From a virus, in IMG/VR virus record IMGVR_UViG_3300028024_000006, positions 8,238-72,237 of that record: a stretch of 64,000 bases of DNA. The stretch is one strand, 5' to 3'. The position numbers and the translations under genes are program-made. The notes under the pieces are model-generated. The model was not told where the DNA came from, made no database searches, and was given only the letters and a program-made list of their open reading frames with translations. Each line of letters begins with the position of its first letter. Position 1 is the stretch's first letter. Below, piece after piece: positions 55,238 through 64,000 of the stretch.

Positions 55238-55582
55238 CTAGTTGTGACTGATACGGGTCATTTCGCCGCAGTGCTGGCACTTCGTGCGGCTACGTTCGGC
55301 GAGGCGCTTCATTTCCCCCTGGTAGCGCGCGAAGTGCGCGAACCAGCGGCTTTCCTTCTGCACGAGTTGCTTGAGCACCCACATTGGGTTGAGCTTCTGC
55401 TTGCACTGCCCGCAAGTGACTTCCGCAAGCGTGTCGTCCACGAGAAACGGCCCATTGAAGTGCAGGCACTCAGCCACCGGCACGACGAGAAAGCGTTCTT
55501 CGGGAACAGGGGCCTTGAACGTCGCATTGAGCTTCACGACCTTATCGGCATCGGGGTCAACGTCAATCGGCGGCAGCATCAT
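55238..55582 (-). CDS. Zn-finger protein
   Basis: CGQC..LNPMWVL..CQHC. Confidence 0.65.
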   Translation of the reverse strand: MMLPPIDVDPDADKVVKLNATFKAPVPEERFLVVPVAECLHFNGPFLVDDTLAEVTCGQCKQKLNPMWVLKQLVQKESRWFAHFARYQGEMKRLAERSRTKCQHCGEMTRISHN

Positions 55583-56544
55583 GGTTGGTCTCCAAGGTGA
55601 CGGGTAGCGCCTGCCTTCTTTGCGGCATCGAGCAGCGCGGCGCGGTTGGCTTCCGACACGGCAGCACGGGGCTCGATCTTCGCCGGGCCTGCCGTGGGCG
55701 TGGGGGTGTGCTGGCGCGGCGCGGGCGGCTTGCCGCCGTTGTCGATAGCGGCCCGGATGCGGGCGTGCCATGTGTCTTTCGTATCGCCCGCGAGCGCGGG
55801 GCCGACGCCGACCTCGCGGGCCTTCGCGAGTGCCGCCTCTTCCGAGTGCCACCACTGCGCGCCCATGCCGCCCTTCTCAACACGCATAGCGCCAGCGCTC
55901 CGCACCCAGTTGCGCCAGGTCGCAAGCCAGTCGCGTTTGCAGGCGTCGCGCCCGGCCTTTGCGTGCCAGTGATCCCGGAATTTATCGGCTTCGAACCGGC
56001 AGTGATCCGGCGTCCAGTTCGGCCATATCTCAAACGCGACTTTCGCCCATGACTTGAGCAAAACCCAGTCGTCTGGAAGGCGCGCGCCGCGCCTACTATC
56101 TGCGTTTACATGTGCGTTTACATCTGCCCTTATTAGAGAGTTGGCGTTTTTGCCACTTCCATTCGGCGATTTCGCCACATGAGATTGAGCGGTTTTACCG
56201 TCTCGATTCGGCGATTCCGCCAAATGGGAAAGTGTCGGCAAAAATGTGTCTTCGTCAGCAAATGCGTACCAAAGTGTTCTGTTCGTCGCGCGCTCGTTGA
56301 AGTTTCCTGAAACGATGACGCCTTGCTTGAGCAAGCTCTTGATCGTGCGGCGAATACAGTCCTTCGACATGTAGGTGAACTGTTCGCTGAACGCTTCTAC
56401 CGTGTTGTATGACCAGGTACGCCCCTCCCGAAAGTTCTCACCGTTCGCACGGTTGTGGACAACCCAATGCAGCAGATTCCAAAGGAACACAGCCTCTTCG
56501 AGCCCGTACTGGCGCGCGTGTTCTGTATCGAACATGTGTTGCAC
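55579..56544 (-). CDS. Phage replication initiator/replisome organiser (winged HTH + DnaT-like C-domain)
   Basis: AESPN/AKSPN repeats; RLPDDW..FRDHW..DWLATWRNWVR. Confidence 0.75.
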   Translation of the reverse strand: MQHMFDTEHARQYGLEEAVFLWNLLHWVVHNRANGENFREGRTWSYNTVEAFSEQFTYMSKDCIRRTIKSLLKQGVIVSGNFNERATNRTLWYAFADEDTFLPTLSHLAESPNRDGKTAQSHVAKSPNGSGKNANSLIRADVNAHVNADSRRGARLPDDWVLLKSWAKVAFEIWPNWTPDHCRFEADKFRDHWHAKAGRDACKRDWLATWRNWVRSAGAMRVEKGGMGAQWWHSEEAALAKAREVGVGPALAGDTKDTWHARIRAAIDNGGKPPAPRQHTPTPTAGPAKIEPRAAVSEANRAALLDAAKKAGATRHLGDQP

Positions 56545-57150
56545 TTACTGCCCTCCGCGAGAGGCATAGATGCTCGCGGGCCGTACAGCAGATTGCGCTA
56601 TACGGGCGAGCGAAGCGGCACGCAGGGCGTGAGGGCTCCCACCGTTGCGGCACTTCGGGTTATCGCCGTGCGCTTTCATGTGTGCGGACTCACTCGCCCG
56701 AGCTTGCGCGTCAGTCTCGAAGACTTCGAGAATTGTCTTGCAGAGGGATGCCCCCTGCGCCTTCATCGCCTTGATCCAAGCCCCGCTTCCCCGATATGGG
56801 TCAAGCGCCGGATCACCGCAGAACTCGCGCTTTCCGATATAGAATTCGCCCGTCTCAGGGTTCGTCGTCCGATACGTGTAGAAGCACTTCACCGGGCTTA
56901 CCCCGGCGATTCTGTACACGCCGTTTCCAGCAACACGCCTGCGCGTGTCCACGAGCCACCCGGCGTGAACCAGCCGGGCAATCGCTTCAATCACCACCTG
57001 ACGACCGAGACCCGTATCGAGCACTAAGCACGGCACATTGGTATTCGTTGCGCCCCGCTCGTCGGCATAGTTCGCCAAACACACCAACACAAACTTATCG
57101 AGCGGCGGTACAGCCGCTCTCAACACTAGGGTCATTGCTTCTGCGCTCAT
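56545..57150 (-). CDS. HTH (replication-protein type) fused to Seg-like GIY-YIG nuclease
   Basis: KFVLVCLANYADERG; YTYRTTN..FYIGKR..YRGSG. Confidence 0.7.
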   Translation of the reverse strand: MSAEAMTLVLRAAVPPLDKFVLVCLANYADERGATNTNVPCLVLDTGLGRQVVIEAIARLVHAGWLVDTRRRVAGNGVYRIAGVSPVKCFYTYRTTNPETGEFYIGKREFCGDPALDPYRGSGAWIKAMKAQGASLCKTILEVFETDAQARASESAHMKAHGDNPKCRNGGSPHALRAASLARIAQSAVRPASIYASRGGQ

Positions 57151-57731
57151 TTACCTACTCCAAAAGAACGCGATTGCAGCCGGTTAGCGGATACCAGTTT
57201 GCGGCCCTTAGGCCACTTCGACGGCTTACCGTTTTCCTTAGCCGATGGGCCTGCTACAATGCGTGCGCTACCTACGTTGTTAGCCGTCTTTCTGGACGGG
57301 AAGCCGCGACCTGCGCGAACAGGCTCGCGGCTTTTTTCTTTGGCGGCGCGCTCTTCCGGCGTGCGTACCGTCTTCGTGATCTTCTGCACCGTCACCGGCT
57401 TGGCCGCGATTTCCTCGTCAGACGGCCACAGTCGTTTCGCCTTCAGCTTTTCCGCGCACGCTTCGACCGCGCGCGCCATCGTCTGCTTGACGAAATCGAG
57501 CGTCAGGCCGTCCGGGCGCTTCGCCTGGCCATCGAGCACCATGTGGCACGCGTAACAGGCGTATGCGCCCAAATGGTCGGCGCGAGCCAGCTTCTTTCCC
57601 TTCGCCTTACCGCCCGGTATCTCATTCCAGTGCGCCCATACGGTCGTTTCCGGGTCGGCATTACAGACCCCCGAAAATTTCAGGGCGCACGACTCCCCGC
57701 GCGCAGAATCAGTGATTCGCGACACTCGCAT
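57147..57731 (-). CDS. DUF1364 family protein with basic tail
   Basis: SARGESC..CN.DPETTVWAH..YACYACH. Confidence 0.8.
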   Translation of the reverse strand: MRVSRITDSARGESCALKFSGVCNADPETTVWAHWNEIPGGKAKGKKLARADHLGAYACYACHMVLDGQAKRPDGLTLDFVKQTMARAVEACAEKLKAKRLWPSDEEIAAKPVTVQKITKTVRTPEERAAKEKSREPVRAGRGFPSRKTANNVGSARIVAGPSAKENGKPSKWPKGRKLVSANRLQSRSFGVGK

Positions 57732-57802
57732 TCTCCTAACGGATTTAGGACTACTAAGAGGGTGAGACACAAAGGGCGGCGGATTTCGCCGCCGCCCCCT
57801 GT

Positions 57803-58132
57803 TTAGTGACGCCCCTTGCCGCAGCGCTTGCCGAACCACGACAAGCCCAAGGGGGTAAGCAGGATTTCAGCGCCCTCGCCGAGCACGAAATAACCCCATT
57901 CGAGATAGTGAAGATACGGCAGGCCATTCGGCGCGATGATGTTTTCTTCCATCAAGCGCTGAACGACGTTTTCGACGCCCTGGATTTCTGCTGCGCGAGC
58001 GAGCGGCAGACACCCCGCAACATCCACAATCCGCTCTTCAATCAGGACCGTTTTCGGTTGTGTCCGCACGACCCGCCGCAACATCGCCCCACTCACCACC
58101 CCCGCCTCACCACCATCGTTCTGTTCATTCAC
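57803..58132 (-). CDS. Stand-alone antirepressor KilAC-like domain
   Basis: NGLPY..YLEWGYF..LLTPLGLSW. Confidence 0.55.
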   Translation of the reverse strand: MNEQNDGGEAGVVSGAMLRRVVRTQPKTVLIEERIVDVAGCLPLARAAEIQGVENVVQRLMEENIIAPNGLPYLHYLEWGYFVLGEGAEILLTPLGLSWFGKRCGKGRH

Positions 58133-58244
58133 GTTAAAAATCCCTCTGCAAAAGCACCGGTCATGTTGAGTTTTTTACTGCACCGTACTACCGGGCCGTT
58201 GGTGCGGCCCGTCGTTCTCTCCGACGATTGCTACGGCAGCGTAC

Positions 58245-58766
58245 TTACGCCGCCACCTTCATGACGTCCCCGACTGTCTGCCGTCGGGTGACTTCCTTTC
58301 CTGCCGCGAGCAGGTGCCCGCGTCCTGCAATTTCACACTGCGCCATATGCAACTGATAAGCCCGGCGAACCAGTGCCAACTGGTCGCCAGTTACGCCCAT
58401 CGTCCGGCCTTTCATACCGTGCGCCATCGCAGCGATGACCGCCCGCTGCGCGACACGCACTTCATCCAGATACTCAGCACCGAAATCGCGCTCACAGAGC
58501 ACCATCGAGACATTGCACATGAAGCCGAGGTTGCCGAGGTCTTCGGCGGTCGCCTTGCCGTGCGCGAGGCGATCCACCGAAATAACGTAGGACAGTTCCA
58601 TGTCGGCCCGGTCCTTCTCGTTCAGCGGAACTGAAAACTCCTGAATGACGGATTTCGTTACACTCAGCCGGTTGAGCGTTTCGAACGCGGCGAGATAGTT
58701 CGGTGCGACTTTCGGGCGATAGCCCTTTTTCGCCCGCTTTGGCTTGCTCTTGATAGTTGCGCCCAC
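58245..58766 (-). CDS. Hypothetical protein at lambdoid CII position
   Basis: Directly downstream of Cro-like gene. Confidence 0.65.
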   Translation of the reverse strand: MGATIKSKPKRAKKGYRPKVAPNYLAAFETLNRLSVTKSVIQEFSVPLNEKDRADMELSYVISVDRLAHGKATAEDLGNLGFMCNVSMVLCERDFGAEYLDEVRVAQRAVIAAMAHGMKGRTMGVTGDQLALVRRAYQLHMAQCEIAGRGHLLAAGKEVTRRQTVGDVMKVAA

Positions 58767-58775
58767 AACACTCCC

Positions 58776-59009
58776 CTACGACTTGAGTGCGCGGCGGTAT
58801 TTCGTTTCGAGGCGACGAAGCCCATCGACAACATTCGCCGACGGGCGCAGCTTCTTTTCAGGGGGTGGGGGCTTGGCTAGTGCGCAGACGTGCGGTTGCG
58901 AACAGCCCATCTCTACAGCGAGGTCGGTCTGCGTCAGACCGAGGGCGAGAAGCGCCTGCACACGTTCATGCAGAGGCTTTGAAGCACTATTGGATGAGGG
59001 ACCAAGCAT
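58776..59009 (-). CDS. cro: Cro-like HTH repressor
   Basis: LTQTDLAVEMGCSQPHVC; divergent from CI. Confidence 0.75.
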   Translation of the reverse strand: MLGPSSNSASKPLHERVQALLALGLTQTDLAVEMGCSQPHVCALAKPPPPEKKLRPSANVVDGLRRLETKYRRALKS

Positions 59010-59059
59010 CTTTTACCTGCAATTTTTACCGTCTGTTGGCACAGTTACTACCTGAAAGA

Positions 59060-59088
59060 AGTATAGGGAAACTGATTCAAAACCGCAA
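59060..59088 (-). promoter_or_regulatory. pR-like promoter TTGCGG-17-TATACT overlapped by the operator 12-mer
   Basis: Read directly on - strand; AGGGAAACTGAT at 59065-59076. Confidence 0.75.
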
Positions 59089-59257
59089 CAAAATATCGTC
59101 TTAACATTCAAAACGTCCGGCAGGCCACGTAAACCACACCAGCGGTTATGCAGGTAGCTATACAGGCATATCTATGTTAGATTGGCCCGGAACATCAATA
59201 TCGGTATAGTGATATTTAAAAAGTCTCTAACTAACAGAGGTAAAGGAGCATCTTGCA

Positions 59258-59971
59258 ATGAGCGAAACGACAGTCGGCGACCGCATAAAAGAAAAACGCC
59301 TGGCGCTAGGCATGTCGCAGGCAGAACTGGCAAAGCGGTCCGGCCTGAAGCAGCCAACGATATCGAGCCTTGAGCTAAATCAGGCATCGAATACGCGCGC
59401 AATAGCCAGCATCGCCCATGCGCTACAGGTCAATGCTCTATGGCTTGAGAAAGGTGAAGGCGACCCCAGGGAAATGATGAAGGGCACCGTCAAGCAGCCC
59501 GCCCTTGAGGTCATGGAGTTTGAGCAGATGCTGGACTCGTTCTTTATCGAGATAGTCGAGTCGCGCGGCTCGTGCGGCGGCGGCGATCCGACGAAACAGC
59601 GAGACGTGGACGACATAATTCGTTCCCTGTCCCCCATTCGCAAGGATCAGGCATTCTTTGCCAGCGCAGGCGTCGAGCCCACCGATGTCAAGGCGATTGT
59701 GGCGGACGGGGATGGGATGGCTAATTTCATCGTTCATGGCGATACCGTGCTTGTTACAACTTCTCACTGCGAAAAACTACTGCCAGGGGTGATTTACGCC
59801 ATTTCAACGCCGGACGGAATCGCCATAAAGCGGGTTTTACGCCGCTCAGATGGCCGAATAATCCTAGCCTGCGACAACCCGGACAAGAACCGCTACCCCG
59901 ACGAAGAATTCTCCGCGAAGGAAGCCGAAAACCTACAGATATTCGGCCGTTTCCTGCGACGGGAAGGGTAA
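59258..59971 (+). CDS. cI: CI-like repressor (XRE HTH + S24 peptidase domain)
   Basis: SQAELAKRSGLKQPTISSLE; GDGMANFIVHGDTVLV..IKR. The usual catalytic Ser (GDSM) reads GDGM. Confidence 0.88.
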   Translation: MSETTVGDRIKEKRLALGMSQAELAKRSGLKQPTISSLELNQASNTRAIASIAHALQVNALWLEKGEGDPREMMKGTVKQPALEVMEFEQMLDSFFIEIVESRGSCGGGDPTKQRDVDDIIRSLSPIRKDQAFFASAGVEPTDVKAIVADGDGMANFIVHGDTVLVTTSHCEKLLPGVIYAISTPDGIAIKRVLRRSDGRIILACDNPDKNRYPDEEFSAKEAENLQIFGRFLRREG

Positions 59972-60018
59972 CAATACCCAAACACACCCTTCTTAACCGC
60001 TTTCAAGTATTTCATAAC

Positions 60019-60044
60019 AAGCCCGCTTGCGCGGGCTTTTTTTT
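60019..60044 (+). terminator. Intrinsic terminator after cI
   Basis: AAGCCCGC-TTGC-GCGGGCTT followed by T-run. Confidence 0.85.
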
Positions 60045-60344
60045 CGCCACCATGTCCTTTATGGGAAAGGATTTGGCGGAATTTGACCAACACATTAACT
60101 ACCCGTTATTTTTGTAAATGTGTAAGCAAATGAAACGTAGTGTAACCGTGAAGCTACACGTTCCCCAGCAAACGCTTACTAGATATGGGATGCAATCTTC
60201 ATACAAATATGCGGCACGCGACGTCGCCCGGAACCTATGGCGACCCATTCCACAATGAAATTTTTGCTCTTATCGTTTGCCACCTGTCTCGCTTGCGCAA
60301 CAATCTGCGGCCCTGCCTCAGCCTACAAAAACCGGGTTTTCGAT

Positions 60345-60421
60345 AATAGGGAAACTGATTGACGCGGCTTTACTACTCTGCCTATACTTCGGGTATTGGT
60401 TTTCCAATATAGGGAACCAGT
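60345..60421 (+). promoter_or_regulatory. pL-like promoter TTGACG-18-TATACT flanked by operator copies
   Basis: 12-mer at 60348-60359; variant TATAGGGAACCAGT at 60408-60421. Confidence 0.75.
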
Positions 60422-60465
60422 AAAACCCGGTTTCGCGACCGGCCCCGAACAACGTAGGAGTAGCC

Positions 60466-60606
60466 ATGAATACGTATCTCGTCACCATTCGCCTGAGCAA
60501 GACGGAAAGATTTTCCTATTCGGCCATCGGCGCACATCCGTGCGATCTGGTCTTTGCCGCGCACCGGACGTTCGGTATCTGCGGCGTCACGGTCAAGCCC
60601 CTCTAA
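60466..60606 (+). CDS. 46-aa hypothetical protein (not in track)
   Basis: AGGAG RBS; MNTYLVTIRLSKTERFSYSAIG. Confidence 0.65.
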   Translation: MNTYLVTIRLSKTERFSYSAIGAHPCDLVFAAHRTFGICGVTVKPL

Positions 60607-60681
60607 GCCCCTCACCCTACACACGAAGCGCCTACTGCATGTGCGGTTGGCAAGCCCTAAGCACGCCTAAAGAGGCCCACC

Positions 60682-62103
60682 ATGAACGCTCGCACTGATA
60701 AGAATGTGCTGTCCACCGCCGTTGATCCACTCGACGTCACCGACGTCGCAGTGAAAGAGACGACTGCCCTCACCGTCGTCACGCCCGGCGACAAGCTCGA
60801 AATCACCGAAGTACTTGACGCACTGCCCAAGGATGCTGAAGGCAAAGCGATAACGACCATCGTTCCACTCAAATATGACCTGACCGACGCGATGCTTGCC
60901 GGGATCAAGGCCGAATACGCGGGCGCAGTTTTCGCCGTCGATACGCCTGACGGGAAGAAGGCTGCAAAGGAGGTTGTCGGCAAGCTCTCGAAGCTCTCGA
61001 CCGGTATGGATGCAGCCTACAAGGAATGGAACGCGCCGATCATGGCGATGACGAAAGCCGCGCGCGAACAGAAGGACTACGCGCAGGGCGTGATCGGTGA
61101 AATCATGAAGCCGATCAAGCAGCAGCTTGACGACCAGAAGGCGAAGGATGAAGCCGAAGAAGTAGCGCGTGCCGCTGCCGAAAGCCGCCGCGTGGATGCG
61201 CACACCGCCGCCCTGATCGCGCTGCAAAAACTGCCTGACAGCTACGTCTCTGCTTCGAGTACCGACATTGATGCAGTCATCCGCGAAGTGTCGTCGTTCG
61301 ATTACCTGACGAAGCGCGACTGGGAAGAGTTCGCCCTGCCCGCACAGGATGCGCAGCGCACCGCCATCGAGAAGCTGAACGCACACCTTCAGAACGCCAA
61401 GGATCGCGACGAGCTTGCCCGCCTGCGCGCCGAACAGGCGAAGAAAGACGAGGAAGCCGCTGCCGAGCAGGCAAAACGCGACGCCGACGAGCGTGCGGCC
61501 ACCGAAGCACGCGAGCGCGCCGAAGCCCTGAAGGAACGCATTCGCAACATCGAGACGGCCCCGATGGGCGCGTTCGGCACGACCGTCGCGCACATGCAGC
61601 GGCTTATCACCCGGCTGGACGCGACCGACGTGAGCGAGTTCGGTGACATGCAGGCGGATGCCGAGAAGGCCATCGCGACCGCCCGCGCCATGATCGTCTC
61701 CATGCAGACGCAACAGAAGGCAGTTGAAGACGCTGCCGTACTGGCGCAGCAGAACGCCGCCGAGTTGCAGCGCTTGCAGGATGAAAAGGCCACTCAGGAA
61801 CGCGAAGCCGCCGAGCGCATCGCCGCTGAAGCGCGCGCCGAGCAGGCCCGCAAGGATGCTGAAGCTGAAGCCGAGCGCGAGGCCGAAGCACAGCGCGAGC
61901 GTGACGCACAGGCTGCGCGCGAGCGTGAAGCCGCCGCAGCAGCGGAAGCCAAGGCACGCGCCGAGGCTGTCGCTGAAACCTTGCTCACGCTGCTGATCGA
62001 AGCCCGTCCGCACGTCATCGGCTCAACCGACCCGGTTCGCCCTGGCCTGATCGCCGAAATCGACGCGGCCATTATCGCCGCCACACCCGCACAAGGGGAG
62101 TAA
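60682..62103 (+). CDS. Long coiled-coil protein of the recombination operon (DUF1351-like)
   Basis: Heptad Ala/Glu-rich; precedes ERF and exonuclease. Confidence 0.65.
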   Translation: MNARTDKNVLSTAVDPLDVTDVAVKETTALTVVTPGDKLEITEVLDALPKDAEGKAITTIVPLKYDLTDAMLAGIKAEYAGAVFAVDTPDGKKAAKEVVGKLSKLSTGMDAAYKEWNAPIMAMTKAAREQKDYAQGVIGEIMKPIKQQLDDQKAKDEAEEVARAAAESRRVDAHTAALIALQKLPDSYVSASSTDIDAVIREVSSFDYLTKRDWEEFALPAQDAQRTAIEKLNAHLQNAKDRDELARLRAEQAKKDEEAAAEQAKRDADERAATEARERAEALKERIRNIETAPMGAFGTTVAHMQRLITRLDATDVSEFGDMQADAEKAIATARAMIVSMQTQQKAVEDAAVLAQQNAAELQRLQDEKATQEREAAERIAAEARAEQARKDAEAEAEREAEAQRERDAQAAREREAAAAAEAKARAEAVAETLLTLLIEARPHVIGSTDPVRPGLIAEIDAAIIAATPAQGE

Positions 62104-62109
62104 GCCGCC

Positions 62110-62811
62110 ATGAATGCACCCCTGACACTGACGCCTGAACAGGTCGCGCCGGAATGCGACGTCAATCTGTACGGCGATATCGCCGCGCTGTTCGAAGCCC
62201 TCGCCAAGGCGCAAGGCGAGTTCCTGCCGATTGAGAAGAATAAGACCGGTCGCGTCACACCGCGCGATCAATCCAAACAGGGCTATACGTTCGACTATGC
62301 CGACATGGGCGAGATTCGCGCGAAGACGACCCCTGCCCTCTCGAAAAACGGAATGGGTATCACGTCGATCCCAGCAATGGCCGATGCGAAGCGCGGCGGC
62401 TACACCCTGCGCACGATTCTCTTTCACAAGAGTGGCGCGCGCATGGAATCGTCCCTGCATATCGACCCGCAGGCCGATGTAAAGAATTTTGGCGGCTTTG
62501 TCACCTACCTGCGCCGCTATCAGGTGAGCGCCATGCTCAACATCGCAGCGGATTCGGACATTGATAGTGGAGCCGATGACGATGACGACGGCGCGCCGCG
62601 TGTCGGGCCGGTCGCGAGCAGCGCACCGAGCGCCCATGCGCAGCATCCAGGCCTGACGAAGGCGCAAAGCGTGGCCGAACTGAACAAGGCATGGATGGCG
62701 ATTACCCCGGAGAACCGCCCAAAGTTTCAGGCCCAGTACGACGCGCGCATGGATGAACTTGATCCGCCGCCGCCCAAGGGCAAGGGCGCAGCCGACGGCG
62801 GCGGATTCTAG
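62110..62811 (+). CDS. erf: ERF-family single-strand annealing protein
   Basis: ALAKAQGEF..YADM..GGFVTYLRRYQVSAMLNIA.D.DID. Confidence 0.85.
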   Translation: MNAPLTLTPEQVAPECDVNLYGDIAALFEALAKAQGEFLPIEKNKTGRVTPRDQSKQGYTFDYADMGEIRAKTTPALSKNGMGITSIPAMADAKRGGYTLRTILFHKSGARMESSLHIDPQADVKNFGGFVTYLRRYQVSAMLNIAADSDIDSGADDDDDGAPRVGPVASSAPSAHAQHPGLTKAQSVAELNKAWMAITPENRPKFQAQYDARMDELDPPPPKGKGAADGGGF

Positions 62812-62813
62812 CC

Positions 62814-63542
62814 GTGGAAATCGTCCAGTGTAGCCAGGGCACGGTCGAATGGTTGCAGGCCCGTTGTGGCGTGATAACCGCCAGCATGTTCCGGGTTGCC
62901 CGTGCGCGGCTTAAATCCAAGGACCATGAGCTTTCCAAGGCTGCCGATGATTACGCGTTCAAGCTCGCATCCGAGCGCTTCATCGGCACGCTGATGGAAG
63001 ACGCGACCTATGAGACGTGGGCCATGAAGCGCGGCCAGCGTCTTGAGGCCGATGCGCGCGCGTGCCATATGGCTGAAATCGGCGTTCGCGTGCGCCCGGT
63101 CGGCATGGTGTTGAGCGATGACCATGCATTCGGCGCGAGCGCGGACGGCTGGATCGGTGACGAAGGGGGCGCGGAATACAAGTGCCTGATCGGGCCGGGC
63201 TCGCTGAAAGATATCTACCTGCACGACGACATGAGTTTCTACATGGACCAGGTGCAGGGAAACCTTTGGCTATCCGGTCGCAAGTGGTGGGACTTCTGCG
63301 TGTACTGCCCGGACTTTGCCCCGCGCGGCCTGCACTTCTACCGCCAGCGCGTGCATCGCGACGAGGACTATATCGAGCAGATGGTCTACGAACTGAACGA
63401 CTTTAACAACGTCGTCAACCGCTATGTCGAAAAGCTCGAACTGCGTGCCGCACGCCGCGAGGGCCGTGTCGATATCGAGGACGTACCGCAAGACCTTGCG
63501 CGCGACATAGCCGACGCCGCGAGTGACCCGTCACCCTACTAA
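62814..63542 (+). CDS. YqaJ/lambda-exonuclease family protein
   Basis: QGTVEWLQARCGVITAS..GASADG..EYKC..QVQGNLW. Confidence 0.9.
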   Translation: MEIVQCSQGTVEWLQARCGVITASMFRVARARLKSKDHELSKAADDYAFKLASERFIGTLMEDATYETWAMKRGQRLEADARACHMAEIGVRVRPVGMVLSDDHAFGASADGWIGDEGGAEYKCLIGPGSLKDIYLHDDMSFYMDQVQGNLWLSGRKWWDFCVYCPDFAPRGLHFYRQRVHRDEDYIEQMVYELNDFNNVVNRYVEKLELRAARREGRVDIEDVPQDLARDIADAASDPSPY

Positions 63543-63549
63543 CGAAGCC

Positions 63550-63669
63550 ATGCCCCTTTCTAACGTTATCGCCGTGACTGTTCTATCCCTTGTCGTGCTC
63601 GCCGCATTCGTCACCGTTGAGGCGCGCTACCAGCGCCTGCGACGGGCGCGGCGCGCGCAGTCCTGATCT
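63550..63669 (+). CDS. Small single-TM protein (not in track)
   Basis: MPLSNVIAVTVLSLVVLAAFVTVEARYQRLRR. Confidence 0.45.
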
Positions 63670-63697
63670 GCCTACCCATTCATTTTTCGGAGCCCCT

Positions 63698-64000
63698 ATG
63701 TTCCTGCCTGACCTGCACAAAGTTGTGTCTGACCAGTTCGCCGCCATCGTGGAGTCCGGCACGATCCAGACCATGATCGAAAAGCACCTGAGCGAGTCGA
63801 TCAATGAAATCCTGAAAGAGCAGTTGCGCTCGTATGGCGCGTTCGGCAAGACCATCAAGCCGTTGGTCGAGCAGGCGTTGCAGATTGACGACCTGCGCGA
63901 GTTACCGAGCTACGGCCAGTTCATGTGCAACATCATCCGCAAGAACGTCGATCAACAATTGCATGGCGAGTATGCAAAGAAACTCGCCGACGATATTGCC
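63698..64000 (+). CDS. Hypothetical protein, partial (runs off the right edge)
   Basis: GGAG RBS; MFLPDLHKVV..EQLRSYGAFGK. Confidence 0.6.
   Translation, partial: MFLPDLHKVVSDQFAAIVESGTIQTMIEKHLSESINEILKEQLRSYGAFGKTIKPLVEQALQIDDLRELPSYGQFMCNIIRKNVDQQLHGEYAKKLADDIA

Noticed and set aside
60186-60362. Short ORFs between cI terminator and pL (53 aa, 35 aa)
   Set aside because: Overlapping alternatives without RBS; they run into the operator and promoter
60667-62013. 448-aa - strand ORF
   Set aside because: Antisense shadow of the Ala/Glu coiled-coil gene
1-64000. CRISPR array, IS element, integrase, rRNA, retron or DGR
   Set aside because: No repeat-spacer arrays, transposase, recombinase or reverse transcriptase motifs seen

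Overview
One contiguous stretch of a GC-rich temperate phage genome or prophage; host is probably Burkholderiales (inferred from protein style and GC only). It is a mosaic. (i) Minus-strand P1-like virion genes: DarB methyltransferase-helicase (runs off the left edge), a DarA with an N-terminal pyrophosphatase-like domain, baseplate/tail/tail-fibre genes, Pro-like head protease, PacB-like terminase and two SGNH-esterase modules. (ii) Plus-strand islands of small early genes (9.9-13.8 kb and 23.3-37.2 kb) inserted between them. (iii) A lambdoid control, replication and recombination block (CI/Cro, replisome organiser, nin-like genes, ERF plus YqaJ exonuclease) at 51.8-64 kb. Portal, capsid, sheath, tape measure, lysis and partition/integrase genes were not seen in the window. 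The strongest unexplained signals are non-coding. First, a ~460-nt ORF-free, highly paired plus-strand RNA candidate at 44036-44498, with its own extended -10, a terminator, a kissing-loop domain and mutually exclusive closing helices. Second, eight late-promoter candidates of the form (A/C)GGAAAA-N29-(-10) with invariant spacing. Third, four sigma70 promoters sharing an exact 16-mer (GTGAGCGCATACTATT). Fourth, an asymmetric 12-mer operator candidate at three loci. Four small early proteins also end in sliding-clamp-binding-like QxxLF motifs. All family assignments come from motif recognition by eye; no database search was run.
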